Positions 1 through 8,016 of a DNA stretch of 11,807 nucleotides are shown here, in pieces. Source of the DNA: Octopus sinensis. Taxonomy: Eukaryota. The number at the start of each line of letters is the position of its first letter. Within the stretch, counting starts at the first letter, position 1. The stretch lies in the NCBI RefSeq assembly GCF_006345805.1, contig NW_021826884.1, positions 1 to 11,807 on the forward strand, in the 5' to 3' direction. The notes under the pieces are model-generated. The model saw only the letters and a list, made by a program, of their open reading frames with translations. It was not told the DNA's origin and made no database searches. The translations under genes were made by a program, and so were the position numbers.

Positions 1-197
1 TCGGGGAACACTGCATCTCTGAGATCAGAAGGCGTCTTAACAATGGTACAAATGGAATCGATGGCAATATTACCATTTTCATCCCCTGGTATTTTGCCTT
101 CGCCAAGTGCAAGGAGGGTGTGAGGAAATGCTACTGATGTGATATTACGTCGCATATGAGCACGCATATTGATGTGAAGTTTGAGAGTTACTTCCCT
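1..197 (-). pseudogene. Helitron RepHel PIF1-like helicase fragment
   Basis: Minus-strand translation REVTLKLHINMRAHMRRNITSVAFPHTLLALGEGKIPGDENGNIAIDSICTIVKTPSDLRDAVFP. It shows the L-x-x-NMR ... F-x-x-x-LL-x-LG-x-G ... L-x-x-x-VFP pattern of Helitron/PIF1 helicases. An in-frame TAA lies just upstream at 200-198. Confidence 0.85.
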
Positions 198-416
198 TTA
201 TTAAAAAAAATATGCATTAAAATGGAAAAAAATGATGGTAAATTATTTGTAAAATCATAGACTCATCGTAGACGCGCGCTAATACCCAGAAGGGCTCGAT
301 AGGAATCACGACTATAAGATACCCGGTTTGGGTTAAACTGCATCGCAAAATGTGGGAGTAGTTAGGAATCTAAATCGGAGTAGACAGACACACAACCTTT
401 CTTTTATATATAAAGA
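1..416 (-). mobile_element. Internally deleted (non-autonomous) Helitron: 5' end at 416, continuing past the left window edge
   Basis: Minus strand reads A|TCTTTATATATAAAAG at 417|416-401, matching the Helitron 5'-TC terminus after an A. About 220 bp further in it joins directly to a PIF1-like helicase fragment. Confidence 0.75.
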
Positions 417-928
417 TTTTCGTCCTAAAAAACTTTGTATGGAGTGAATGGTTACCTCTTTGGAAATATATACACACACATTATACATACATCTGTGTAT
501 AGATGAATATATAAATACATTTAAATATCTATATACACTTTTGGGCGATCTCTCTGTTTCTTAGAGATAACTTTAGATCTTATTTTCGTCATAAAAAACT
601 TTGTATGGAGTGAATGGTTACCTCTATGGAAATATATACACACACGTTATACATACATATGTGCATAGATGAATATATAAATACATTTATATATCTATAT
701 ACACTTTTGGGCGATCTTTGTGCTACTTAGAGATAACTTTAGATCTTATTTTCGTCCTAAAAAACTTTGTGCGGAGTGAATGGTTACGTCTATGGAAATA
801 TATACACACACATTATACATACATCTGTGTATAGATGAATATATAAATACATTTAAATATCTATATACACTTTTGGGTGATCTTTCTGCTACTTGGATAT
901 AGGTCTTATATTCGTCCTAAAAAACTTT
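417..928. repeat. Tandem array of a ~166-bp unit, three copies plus the start of a fourth
   Basis: The anchor cgtc(c/a)taaaaaactt starts at 421, 587, 753 and 913 (periods 166, 166, 160). Units are near-identical along their length. Confidence 0.97.
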
Positions 929-930
929 CC

Positions 931-1020
931 TGTCACACACTCACGCACACGCACACACGCACCCTCACACACACACACACGCGCGCACACACACACACTC
1001 ACACACACGCACACACACAC
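931..1020. repeat. Imperfect (CA)n/(CG) microsatellite
   Basis: Direct inspection; it explains the THTH run in ORF 877..1086. Confidence 0.95.
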
Positions 1021-1382
1021 GTTAGCTTACAATTTTATTTATATATTTGCGTGTCTATGTGTGTAAAGAGGAAGTGGCAGGGTTAAAAAGTCACTCACTA
1101 CAAAAAGTGAATTACTTTCACTTTATTCGTTGCACACTGTGTGTGTGCGTTTGCGTGTGCTGTAGCCCACACTAAGAGAAGCATTTGACTCATGCACCAC
1201 AATGTGAGTTTTCTCTAAATTTTGCTTAATTGGGGTTGAAATTTTAAAAAGTGGACCTGGCAAAACCCGATGCATTCTACTCTTAAAAATGCTAGGTAAA
1301 TTGTAATTGAAGAAATCCTATATTGTAGATTTCTATAAGATACAAATGGAGGCAGATAAAATCTGCCTTTTATGATAAGAGA
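1021..1382 (-). mobile_element. Second Helitron-like element, 5' end at 1382 with a subterminal hairpin; 3' boundary uncertain
   Basis: Plus-strand cttttatgataagagat (1367-1383) parallels cttttatatataaagat (401-417), giving A|TCTCTTATCATAAAAG on the minus strand. A perfect hairpin aggcagat-aaa-atctgcct lies at 1350-1368. No clear CTRR 3' end was found. Confidence 0.5.
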
Positions 1383-1595
1383 TACATAAATATAAACAAC
1401 TTATAAATAAGGGCAACCCAAAAAATTTCTAATGCCAAATATACCGAAAAATTGGACATATTGTCCATTTACCATATAATTTTTTTCTCAGTACGCACGC
1501 TACTCGAAAAAAGGTCGACAGAAATTTCTAAAAAAATTTCATTATTACCTTTTCGGACCGATTTCAGGGTTATTTCAAAAAGAACCCCTCCCTTG

Positions 1596-1622
1596 ATATA
1601 TATATATATATATATATACATA
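1596..1622. repeat. (TA)n microsatellite
   Basis: Direct inspection. Confidence 0.95.
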
Positions 1623-1707
1623 CAAACCAGATGTCTAAATATAGAGGACTTGTGAAACAGATTAGATACAATGAAGTGTTTTATATATACATATATTAAT
1701 GGTTGTA

Positions 1708-1868
1708 CTTGATCTTATCAATAAGAATCCAGACTGTTGCCATAGTAACAAAGCTAAAGTACACAGAATGAAGTTGCTCGGCACAGAGTGACCTTTATCT
1801 CTGTTGTGCATGCACGCTAAGTTTTAACATTCTAGCGCAATTCCACTGTTTACAGCAGTGCTTGGAAG
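1708..1868 (+). repeat. Left terminal inverted repeat (161 bp)
   Basis: atcaataagaatccagactgttgccatagtaac...ctgtttacagcagtgcttggaag matches the reverse complement of 2364-2524. Confidence 0.9.
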
Positions 1869-1901
1869 GAAGGTGTGTAGCGTGTGATCGTCACATTGAC
1901 A

Positions 1902-1971
1902 ATGATATAGAAAGCTGAGCAGAGAATCTGCATCAAATTTTGTCAAAAGTTTGACGATTCCTGCTCAGAGG
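1902..1971 (+). pseudogene. Mariner transposase N-terminus (first ~23 codons)
   Basis: Translates MI*KAEQRICIKFCQKFDDSCSE, matching the EQRxxIKFC start of mariner transposases. Confidence 0.85.
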
Positions 1972-1974
1972 GCC

Positions 1975-2363
1975 CTAGAAATTTTTCAATAAATTTTTAT
2001 CGTCCCTGACACAATCAAGGACATCTTGTGCATCTGAAACCCGTGTGTCCTTTTGGTCCGCTGAAAGGAGTTTTGGCGCACATTTGGTAGACAGGCGTCT
2101 CAAACCCAAATCTTCAGTGGTAATGGACCGAACCGTAACAAACCTGCACATCCTCTGATAATTCAAGGATGGTAATTCGACGGTTTACCCACACAACTGT
2201 ACGCCCATCAGCAATGTTTTTTCTCAGTTCTGCTCGTTGCAGATCTTCCAGAATGTTCGTCAATATCGACATTTTCGGCCATACTTAAAATGTCTGAACC
2301 ACTCTTACATGTGTGTGTGGCTCATACACTCCTCTCCATACACTTTCTGCAACTTTACGTAGG
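1975..2363 (-). pseudogene. Mariner transposase HTH-to-linker fragment, inverted relative to its own N-terminus
   Basis: Minus strand, with frameshifts and a stop: YVKLQKVYGEECMSHTHM*EWFRHFKYGR..DIDEHSGRSATSRTE...RRITILELSEDV..YGSV..ITTEDLGLRRLSTKCAPKLLSADQK (the WVPxxL-type linker)...DDKNLLKNF. No DD34D catalytic domain is present. Confidence 0.9.
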
Positions 2364-2524
2364 CTTCCAAGCACTGCTGTAAACAGCGGATATGAGCTAG
2401 AACATAAAAAATTAGTGCGCATGTACAGCACAGATTGAGATCAATCTTTGCCAAGCGGCTTCACTCTGCGTGTTTTTGCTTCGTTACTATAGCAACAGTC
2501 TGGATACTTATTGATCAGACCTCG
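2364..2524 (-). repeat. Right terminal inverted repeat (161 bp)
   Basis: cttccaagcactgctgtaaacag...gttactatagcaacagtctggatacttattgatcagacctcg is the inverted counterpart of 1708-1868. Confidence 0.9.
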
Positions 2525-2868
2525 TATATAGACACAAAGTTGTGTACATATATAGTTTTGTTCAGCAGAAATGGAGTCTAGAAGTGAAGTATGGTTTTGG
2601 AATATATGTGGTGCACTGCTTTTGTAATATATCAGAGTCAAGACGTATATTTAACAAAATCTGTATAAATATACACGTGTGTGTGTCTGCGTAGCACTTA
2701 TACACACATAAATCTGTCCGAACGTGGTTCTTTAAAATAGAAATTGTGAGACACTCATGGAGGTCACTGCAGAGTTTCATAATATTTTGTCCTGTAAACA
2801 TGTATACCATGTAAATATTGTTATACATGAATGTTATTGATGAAATGTGTTTATATTTTGTTCCATAG

Positions 2869-3011
2869 ATGTCGCTACTGTCATGAGAACATGGCCACCG
2901 TGAGACTGCAACCATGTGGAGATCTTGTTCTCTGCGAGAATTGTTCTTCTGAAATGACATTTAAGAGATGCCCCGTGTGTCGAGAAAACACACTCAGCAA
3001 AAGTGAATTTG
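2869..3011 (+). CDS. Internal exon encoding a RING-HC-type zinc finger, similar to the RING domains of Mind bomb/IAP-type E3 ubiquitin ligases
   Basis: Acceptor atattttgttccatag|A and donor TTTG|gtaaga (phase 2 in, phase 1 out). Translation CRYCHENMATVRLQPCGDLVLCENCSSEMTFKRCPVCRENTLSKSEF gives C-x2-C-x11-C-x-D-x3-C-x2-C-x8-C-x2-C. The A-x-V-x-x-QPCG...CENC...M...K-x-C-x-x-CR pattern recalls Mind bomb RINGs. Confidence 0.88.
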
Positions 3012-3386
3012 GTAAGATAATCTTTGGGGCTCTGTTTGTTGTCTTGTTGACCTTATTGTGTGGAATAATGTGCTTCAAGCTTTCGTGTAGACCCAGGTAT
3101 GTCATAATGGGACAGATTTATGATAGGTGTCCCTGGGGTCTTTTCTTTGTGACAGTATATCTATCACTACATCCACTAAATATTGCCTTTACCTAATTTT
3201 GAGATGTCACACTTCAAGATGTCTGTCAGGATATGTTGTTTAGGTACGTACCCTGAATGTCTCTTTAGGTACGTACCCTGAATTATAAGAAATTAACAAG
3301 ATTAAAAATCAAATCTCTAAGAGTATAAGTATAATGATCATTAACGTTGATTAAATATTAAATTTAGTATTGAACGGTGAACATCT

Positions 3387-3752
3387 CTTTACTCTTTTAC
3401 TCTTTTACTTGTTTCAGTCATTTGACTGTGGCCATGCTGGAGCACCACCTTTTAGTACTTATTCTATCGGTCTCTTTTTGCCGAACCGCTAAGTGACGGG
3501 GACCTAAACACACCAGCATCGGTTGTCAAGCAATGCTAGGGGGACAAAAACAGACACACAAACACACACACATATACATATATATACATATATACGACAG
3601 GCTTCTTTCAGTTTCCGTCTACCAAATCCACTCACAAGGCATTGGTCGGCCCGGGGCTATAGCAGAAGACACTTGCCCAAGATGCCACGCAGTGGGACTG
3701 AACCCGGAGCCATGTGGTTGGTTAGCAAGCTACTTACCACACAGCCACTCCT
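3387..3752 (-). mobile_element. tRNA-derived SINE with an internal (TG/TA) microsatellite and a (GAGTAAAA)n 3' tail
   Basis: Minus strand has a box A-like TGGCTGTGTGG (3747-3737) and a box B-like GGTTCAGTCCC (3704-3694). The tail repeat is at 3387-3410. The element is absent from the homologous sites in copies B and C. Confidence 0.88.
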
Positions 3753-4335
3753 GCATTTAAACAAAATATTGGTGTTGACATAAAATATAAAGATAGGAAT
3801 TAAATATGAGTTCCCTGTGTGACTTGATCTCACAAATCCTTGTTTGTAACTATATATAATATACACTTATTACATTGTTTGAACAACATTTACCATCCAT
3901 ATAGTCATTCTTTTTCTCACTCTTGTTAGATTTTTAGATGATATTAATGCTAAAAGAGGCACAGTTTTCTGAGCGTTTCACCCTTTGGTCTTGATTGTTG
4001 CGTTCAAATTATTTAATGAAAGATAATCATTGTTATTTGACCAGGAAATGAATTAAGCATTAGTATTTGGCAGTGGACTTGGTTATATCTTTCTTCGTTT
4101 GCTCATGGAACTACCATAATATTAGCTGTGCTGAGACACAATCATATTCATAGTAATGAAGGCTATATGTTCTTTACTCAGATTATATACAATCTATATT
4201 GATATCTAGTATTGCACCGTCAAGCACAGTGCCATTGTATCACATATATACCCAATTATCATGATAATTAATAAGCTATAATTCATTAACTCTCTTACAT
4301 TTGTATGTCTGAAATGTAAACATATTTTGTCATAG

Positions 4336-4358
4336 GAACATCGTGTACCCTCACCTAA
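4336..4358 (+). CDS. Candidate terminal mini-exon A: (G)TSCTLT*, CaaX-like C-terminus
   Basis: Acceptor catattttgtcatag|GA. Phase 1 matches the RING exon donor: (G)GA ACA TCG TGT ACC CTC ACC TAA. Homologous exons lie at 6846 and 9472. Confidence 0.6.
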
Positions 4359-4663
4359 CATTTTATATCTTGTTAGGGATCATGTTGGGGAAGGGTGTAT
4401 GGAATTTGGCTTGTGCAGATGTTTATTAGGGGACAGATTGTGTGCGGGGTGGAGGGGATACACATAAAGGACATCTTTATGGCCTCAGTTTTACTTAATT
4501 AGAGAGGAATGTTGATTAGTGAATTCTAAAGATAAGAAGACAGTGCCATGCCATAAACTTGTCATAGTTATAAGAGAAGAAAAACAAAGCTAAGAGAAAA
4601 CTGTTATCAAGTTTTAATTAAATGAGATAATTGCAACATTGTTAGGATATTTAATGTGTTTTT

Positions 4664-4707
4664 AGAGATAGATAGAGAGAGAGAGAGAGCGAGAGAGAGA
4701 GAGAGAG
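4664..4707. repeat. (GA)n microsatellite
   Basis: Direct inspection. Confidence 0.95.
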
Positions 4708-4927
4708 GGTGGATTTAGGAATGTTAGCCTGTTTTATTGTGGACATATTGGGCTATTACATGGGACCACTGTAGAAAGTACAGAAATATTGACCAAAACC
4801 ATAATGGTCAACAGTTGACCAGTAACGACAGAAATTGAATGTCTCACAAAAACAAAATAGAGTTTAATAAAAATAAAGATACAGACGTTTAATTTTTAAA
4901 TGTAAAACTTGGAAATATTTATTTCAG

Positions 4928-5005
4928 AGGCTCCAAAGTTTGAAGACAGGTGTGTACAAAGAGAGGCTACATGTCAGGGATTAGGGGCTGCATCTCAGGC
5001 AATTG
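4928..5005 (+). CDS. 78-nt symmetric (phase 1-1) spacer exon 1: (E)APKFEDRCVQREATCQGLGAASQAI
   Basis: Acceptor ggaaatatttatttcag|AG and donor ATTG|gtgagt. The frame is open and continues the RING exon frame. Paralogous exons lie at 7602 and 9671. Confidence 0.75.
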
Positions 5006-5256
5006 GTGAGTATAAAATAATAGTTCCCAATTGATTTCTGTAAGGTTTTCTTCCCCCGAGTATATTGTGCTTCAAAGAATAACTGAAAACAGCTTCCATT
5101 CCTATTTTCCAATTGAACGATTATCTGTATAATAATTGAATTAAAGATATCGATTTACTGTGAGTTTATGAAATACCCATTGAGGTTAATGCTGTTGGTA
5201 ATAATGTTCAAATTAGAAGACACAATAGAATTAATTTTGTCATTTGGTCATGGAAC

Positions 5257-5290
<34 letters not shown>

Positions 5291-5430
5291 TTAACATCCG
5301 TTTCTTATGGTGGCATGGGTCGGACGATTTCACTGGCAAGGCAGTAGGCTGCGCCAGGCTGCAATGTGATCTGGCAAGGTTTCCACATATGTATGCCATT
5401 CCTAACGCCAACCACTCCGAGAGTGTGGTG

Positions 5431-5625
5431 GGTGCCTTTTACGAGCCACCGGCACAGGAGTCAGTCGGGGTGGGGGCTGGCATCGACCACATTCGGATGG
5501 TGCTTTTTACGTGCCAGCGGCACAGGGAACTAGTCAGGCGGCAGTGACAAGGACCTATGCTTCTATGGTACTTATAACGTGACACAGGAACAGGTGCCAG
5601 TCAGGCGGCACTGGCATCGGTCACA
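5431..5625. repeat. About three degenerate copies of a 68-bp unit inside the retroelement
   Basis: The anchor ggt(g/a)c..t(t/a)acg starts at 5431, 5499 and 5567, followed by similar ggcacagg..agtcaggcggca.tggcatcg segments. Confidence 0.85.
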
Positions 5626-5674
5626 ACTACAATTTCCATTTTGATTTCGATCTTGAATTGCTTTTGATTTGTCA

Positions 5675-5841
5675 TTTCTGTTATTGCCTGGTGGACTATG
5701 ATGAAAACGAGGGGTTCAGGAATGATCCTAGTGAACTCCTACTTCTATCCGGAATTCTTCACTATACTCATTGCCGATCCTCACCTTACTACAGGGCCTC
5801 TTCAACTCTTATAATCGCTCGTCAATCCCTAGTTTCCGCAT
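5675..5841 (-). pseudogene. Non-LTR (RTE-like) reverse transcriptase fragment
   Basis: Minus strand, with stops and frameshifts: MRKLGIDERL...SKVRIGNEYSEEFRIEVGVH*GSFLNP.VFIIVHQAITE. This is a degenerate GVHQGSVLSPLLF RT motif. Confidence 0.85.
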
Positions 5842-6094
5842 TAGCTGTAAAAAGGATTCTATTAAATATTCCACTGAAATTTCATAAAATCAAGGTTAAC
5901 GTGGTTGGTAAAATGGTTAAATAAGAAGACATAATAGAGTTAATGATGTCTTTTAGGACAGAGAACTAAAACATTTTGTTGTTTATTTGTAAACAGGTGA
6001 GTTAACGAGAAAGATTTTCTTTCTTTTACTACTAAGGTCTTTCCTAAGTTTTCTGTTAGGTTATTGTTATTGTTGTTGTTATTGTTATGTAGCC

Positions 6095-7009
6095 AGATGT
6101 CTGTCATGACATGTTGTTTAGGTACGTACCCTGAATGTCTCAGGTCAGAATAACTTTGTTATAAATTAAAGAAATTAAAAATCAAATCTCTAAGATTATA
6201 AGTATAATGATCATCAACGTTGATTAAATATCAAATTTAGTATTGAACGGTGAACATCTGTTTGCATTTAAACAAAATATTGGTGTTGACATAAAATATA
6301 AAGATAGGAATTAAATATGAGTTCCCTGTGTGACTTGGTCTCACAAATCCTTGTTTGTAACTATATATAATATACACTTATTACATTGTTTGAACAACAT
6401 TTACCATCCATATAGTCATTCTTTTTCTCACTCTTGTTAGATTTTAGATGATATTAATGCTAAAAGAGGCACAGTTTTCTGAGTGTTTCACCCTTTGGTC
6501 TTGATTCTTGCGTTCAAATTATTTAATGGAAGTTAGTCATTGTTATTTGACCAGGAAATGAATTAGTCATTAGTATTTGGCAGTGGACTTGGTTATATCT
6601 TTCTTCGTTTGCTCATGGTACTACCATAATATTAGCTGTGCTGAGACACATTCATATTCATAGTAATGAAGGTTATATGTTCTTTACTCAGATTATATAC
6701 ATTCTATATTGATATCTAGTATTGCACCGTCAAGCACAGTGCCATTGTATCACATATATACCCAATTATCATGATAATTAATAAGCTATAATTCATTAAC
6801 TCTCTTACATTTGTATGTCTGAAATGTAAACATATTTTGCCATAGGAACATCGTGTACCCTCACCTTACATTTTATATCTTGTTAGGGATCATGTTGGGG
6901 AAGAGTGTATGGAATTTGGCTCGTGGAGATGATTTTTAGGGGACAGATTGTGTGCGGGGTGGGGGGTATGCACATAAAGGACATGCCTTGATGGCCTCGA
7001 TGTTACTTA
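6095..7009 (+). repeat. Duplicated intron-plus-terminal-exon block, copy B (SINE-free)
   Basis: Colinear and near-identical to 3217-4498 once 3387-3751 is removed. Confidence 0.95.
6846..6886 (+). CDS. Candidate terminal mini-exon B: (G)TSCTLTLHFISC*; the stop of copy A is changed TAA to TTA
   Basis: Acceptor catattttgccatag|GA. Identical to exon A until codon 6866-6868 (TTA), then open to TAG at 6884-6886. Confidence 0.45.
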
Positions 7010-7016
7010 GCCAATT

Positions 7017-7480
7017 GGGTCTTTTCAAGCACAGAAAATTGCTGATTGTCTCAGTTGTTTTAGTTATCTTCCCGTGTGAAGCTCAGCATCTGAACATCAT
7101 TTCTCACCACTTTGTCCCATGTCTTTCTCAGTCTTCCTCTTCCTCAGCTTCTCTCCACATTTAGAGATCCGCATCTCTTTATGCTGATCACCTCATCCAT
7201 ATGCATCACATAACCATACTATGAAAGATCTCTCTTTTGAACTCTACATCGGATGACTCTTATACCCAGATTTTCTCTGAAGACATTTCCACTGCGACTT
7301 ACCTGAACACTGATGTTGTACATCCAGTGGAGCATGCTGGCTTCATTTGTCTCCAACCCTTTGCATGTCTTTTATCTTCACAGCCTATCTTTCATTATTG
7401 TGTTGTACATCTGTCCGTACACAAGTCTCATACAATCTGCTTTCCACTCTTAGGGAGAAGCCCTTCGTTACCTACAGAGT
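7017..7480 (-). pseudogene. RTE-clade LINE ORF2 C-terminal fragment
   Basis: Minus strand, with stops and frameshifts: VTKGFSLRVESRLYETCVRT...NEASMLHWMYNISV...LGIRVIRCRVQKRDL..YGYVMHMDE...GRGRLRKTWDKVVRNDVQML. It includes the RLxWYGHVxRM and GRGRPRKTW-type motifs of RTE ORF2 ends. Confidence 0.88.
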
Positions 7481-7601
7481 GGGGGCATTTGGGACGGTTA
7501 ATCTTGAATATTGGTTATAGGAATATTTCACAATTATAAAATATCGATGTTCATTAAAGAAATTTTACTATAAAGTATAATCTTGGAAATATTTATTTCA
7601 G

Positions 7602-7652
7602 CAAGGCCAATATTTGAAGACAAAGAGGTCCAGACAGTAGAAGAGCCACGTG
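7602..7652 (+). CDS. Spacer exon 2 (phase 1): (A)RPIFEDKEVQTVEEPR; the homologous donor is mutated GT to CT
   Basis: Acceptor cttggaaatatttatttcag| is identical to that of exon 4928, and the peptide is similar (PxFEDxxVQ). The end reads G|ctgagtat, against G|gtgagtat at 5005. Confidence 0.5.
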
Positions 7653-8016
7653 CTGAGTATAGAATGACATTACATAATTGATTTCTATAAAGTTTAGCTT
7701 TTACTGAGCTATTGTGGTCAATAGAATGACCGAGAACAGGTTTCATTTGAATGATTAGCTATAAAGAAATTCTGTTCTTCTACAACAACACAAATATCCA
7801 ATAAATGTACTTTATGCAAACATCAGTTACTCATTCACTCGCAGAAAGAAAGATACAAAAATTAAATATAAACCCTGAAACGGTTCTCTCCCGTTAAGGA
7901 GAATATTCACCCTGTTTGTCATCTCATTGTACTCATTCATTCTCTCTCTCTCACTCATGCTCTTTCTCTCCGTCTTTTCAAGAAAGATGCTGGTTAAAAG
8001 TCTCAATACAATAAAT

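Larger units (their letters stand above)
1708..2524. mobile_element. Mariner (Tc1/mariner) non-autonomous element with long TIRs and TA target-site duplication
   Basis: TA at 1706-1707 and 2525-2526. The right end reads TA|CGAGGTCTGATCAATAAGT on the minus strand, a mariner-type terminus. 1708-1868 and 2364-2524 are inverted copies, and the interior translates to mariner transposase. Confidence 0.92.
3217..4498 (+). repeat. Duplicated intron-plus-terminal-exon block, copy A (contains a SINE insertion)
   Basis: Near-identical to 6095-7009; for example, about 190 bp from 3758 differs by 1 substitution and 1 indel. More diverged from 8892-9511. Confidence 0.95.
5258..5841 (-). mobile_element. 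RTE-type retroelement: RT fragment, internal 68-bp repeats, 3' UTR and (GAT)n tail
   Basis: (CAT)n at 5258-5290 is the minus-strand (GAT)n tail. 5291-5425 is the inverted homolog of 8593-8740, and the RT fragment is at 5675-5841. Confidence 0.8.

Noticed and set aside
417-928. Possible CRISPR-like array
   Set aside because: Whole 166-bp units are repeated, with no unique spacers between short repeats, and the context is eukaryotic.
877-1086. ORF with a THTH-rich run
   Set aside because: It is a translation of the (CA)n microsatellite and the end of the tandem array.
1400-1595. Possible small DNA transposon (gggttatttcaaaaagaaccc hairpin)
   Set aside because: No matching second terminus or target-site duplication could be found.
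1965-2370. Idea that the mariner inversion is a GG^CC restriction or cloning artefact
   Set aside because: The junctions are one base off from what blunt GG^CC religation would give (extra G on the left, one fewer C on the right).
3219-3243. 25-nt micro-exon ag|atgtctgtc...tttag|gtacgt (also near 6097)
   Set aside because: There is no pyrimidine tract at the acceptor, the length is not a multiple of 3, and no compatible phase-2 exon was found downstream.
3523-3866. Three overlapping ORFs (3523-3783, 3533-3760, 3657-3866)
   Set aside because: They lie mostly within the SINE and its microsatellite and show no protein-family features.
3938-3972. Candidate exon ttttag|(D)DINAKRGTVF*
   Set aside because: It is present in A and B only because they are recent duplicates; the acceptor and frame are not kept in copy C.
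4789-4821. Alternating ttgacca/tggtcaa/ttgacca inverted motifs resembling nuclear-receptor half-sites
   Set aside because: The motifs are short, the spacing is not a canonical response element, and there is no other support.
5208-5411. ORF with a poly-Asp run (and the poly-Ser runs in 8614-8832)
   Set aside because: Both come from the (GAT)n tails of retroelements.
5658-5924. Plus-strand ORF 5658-5924, and also 6952-7164 and 7237-7539
   Set aside because: They are antisense shadows of minus-strand RTE fragments.
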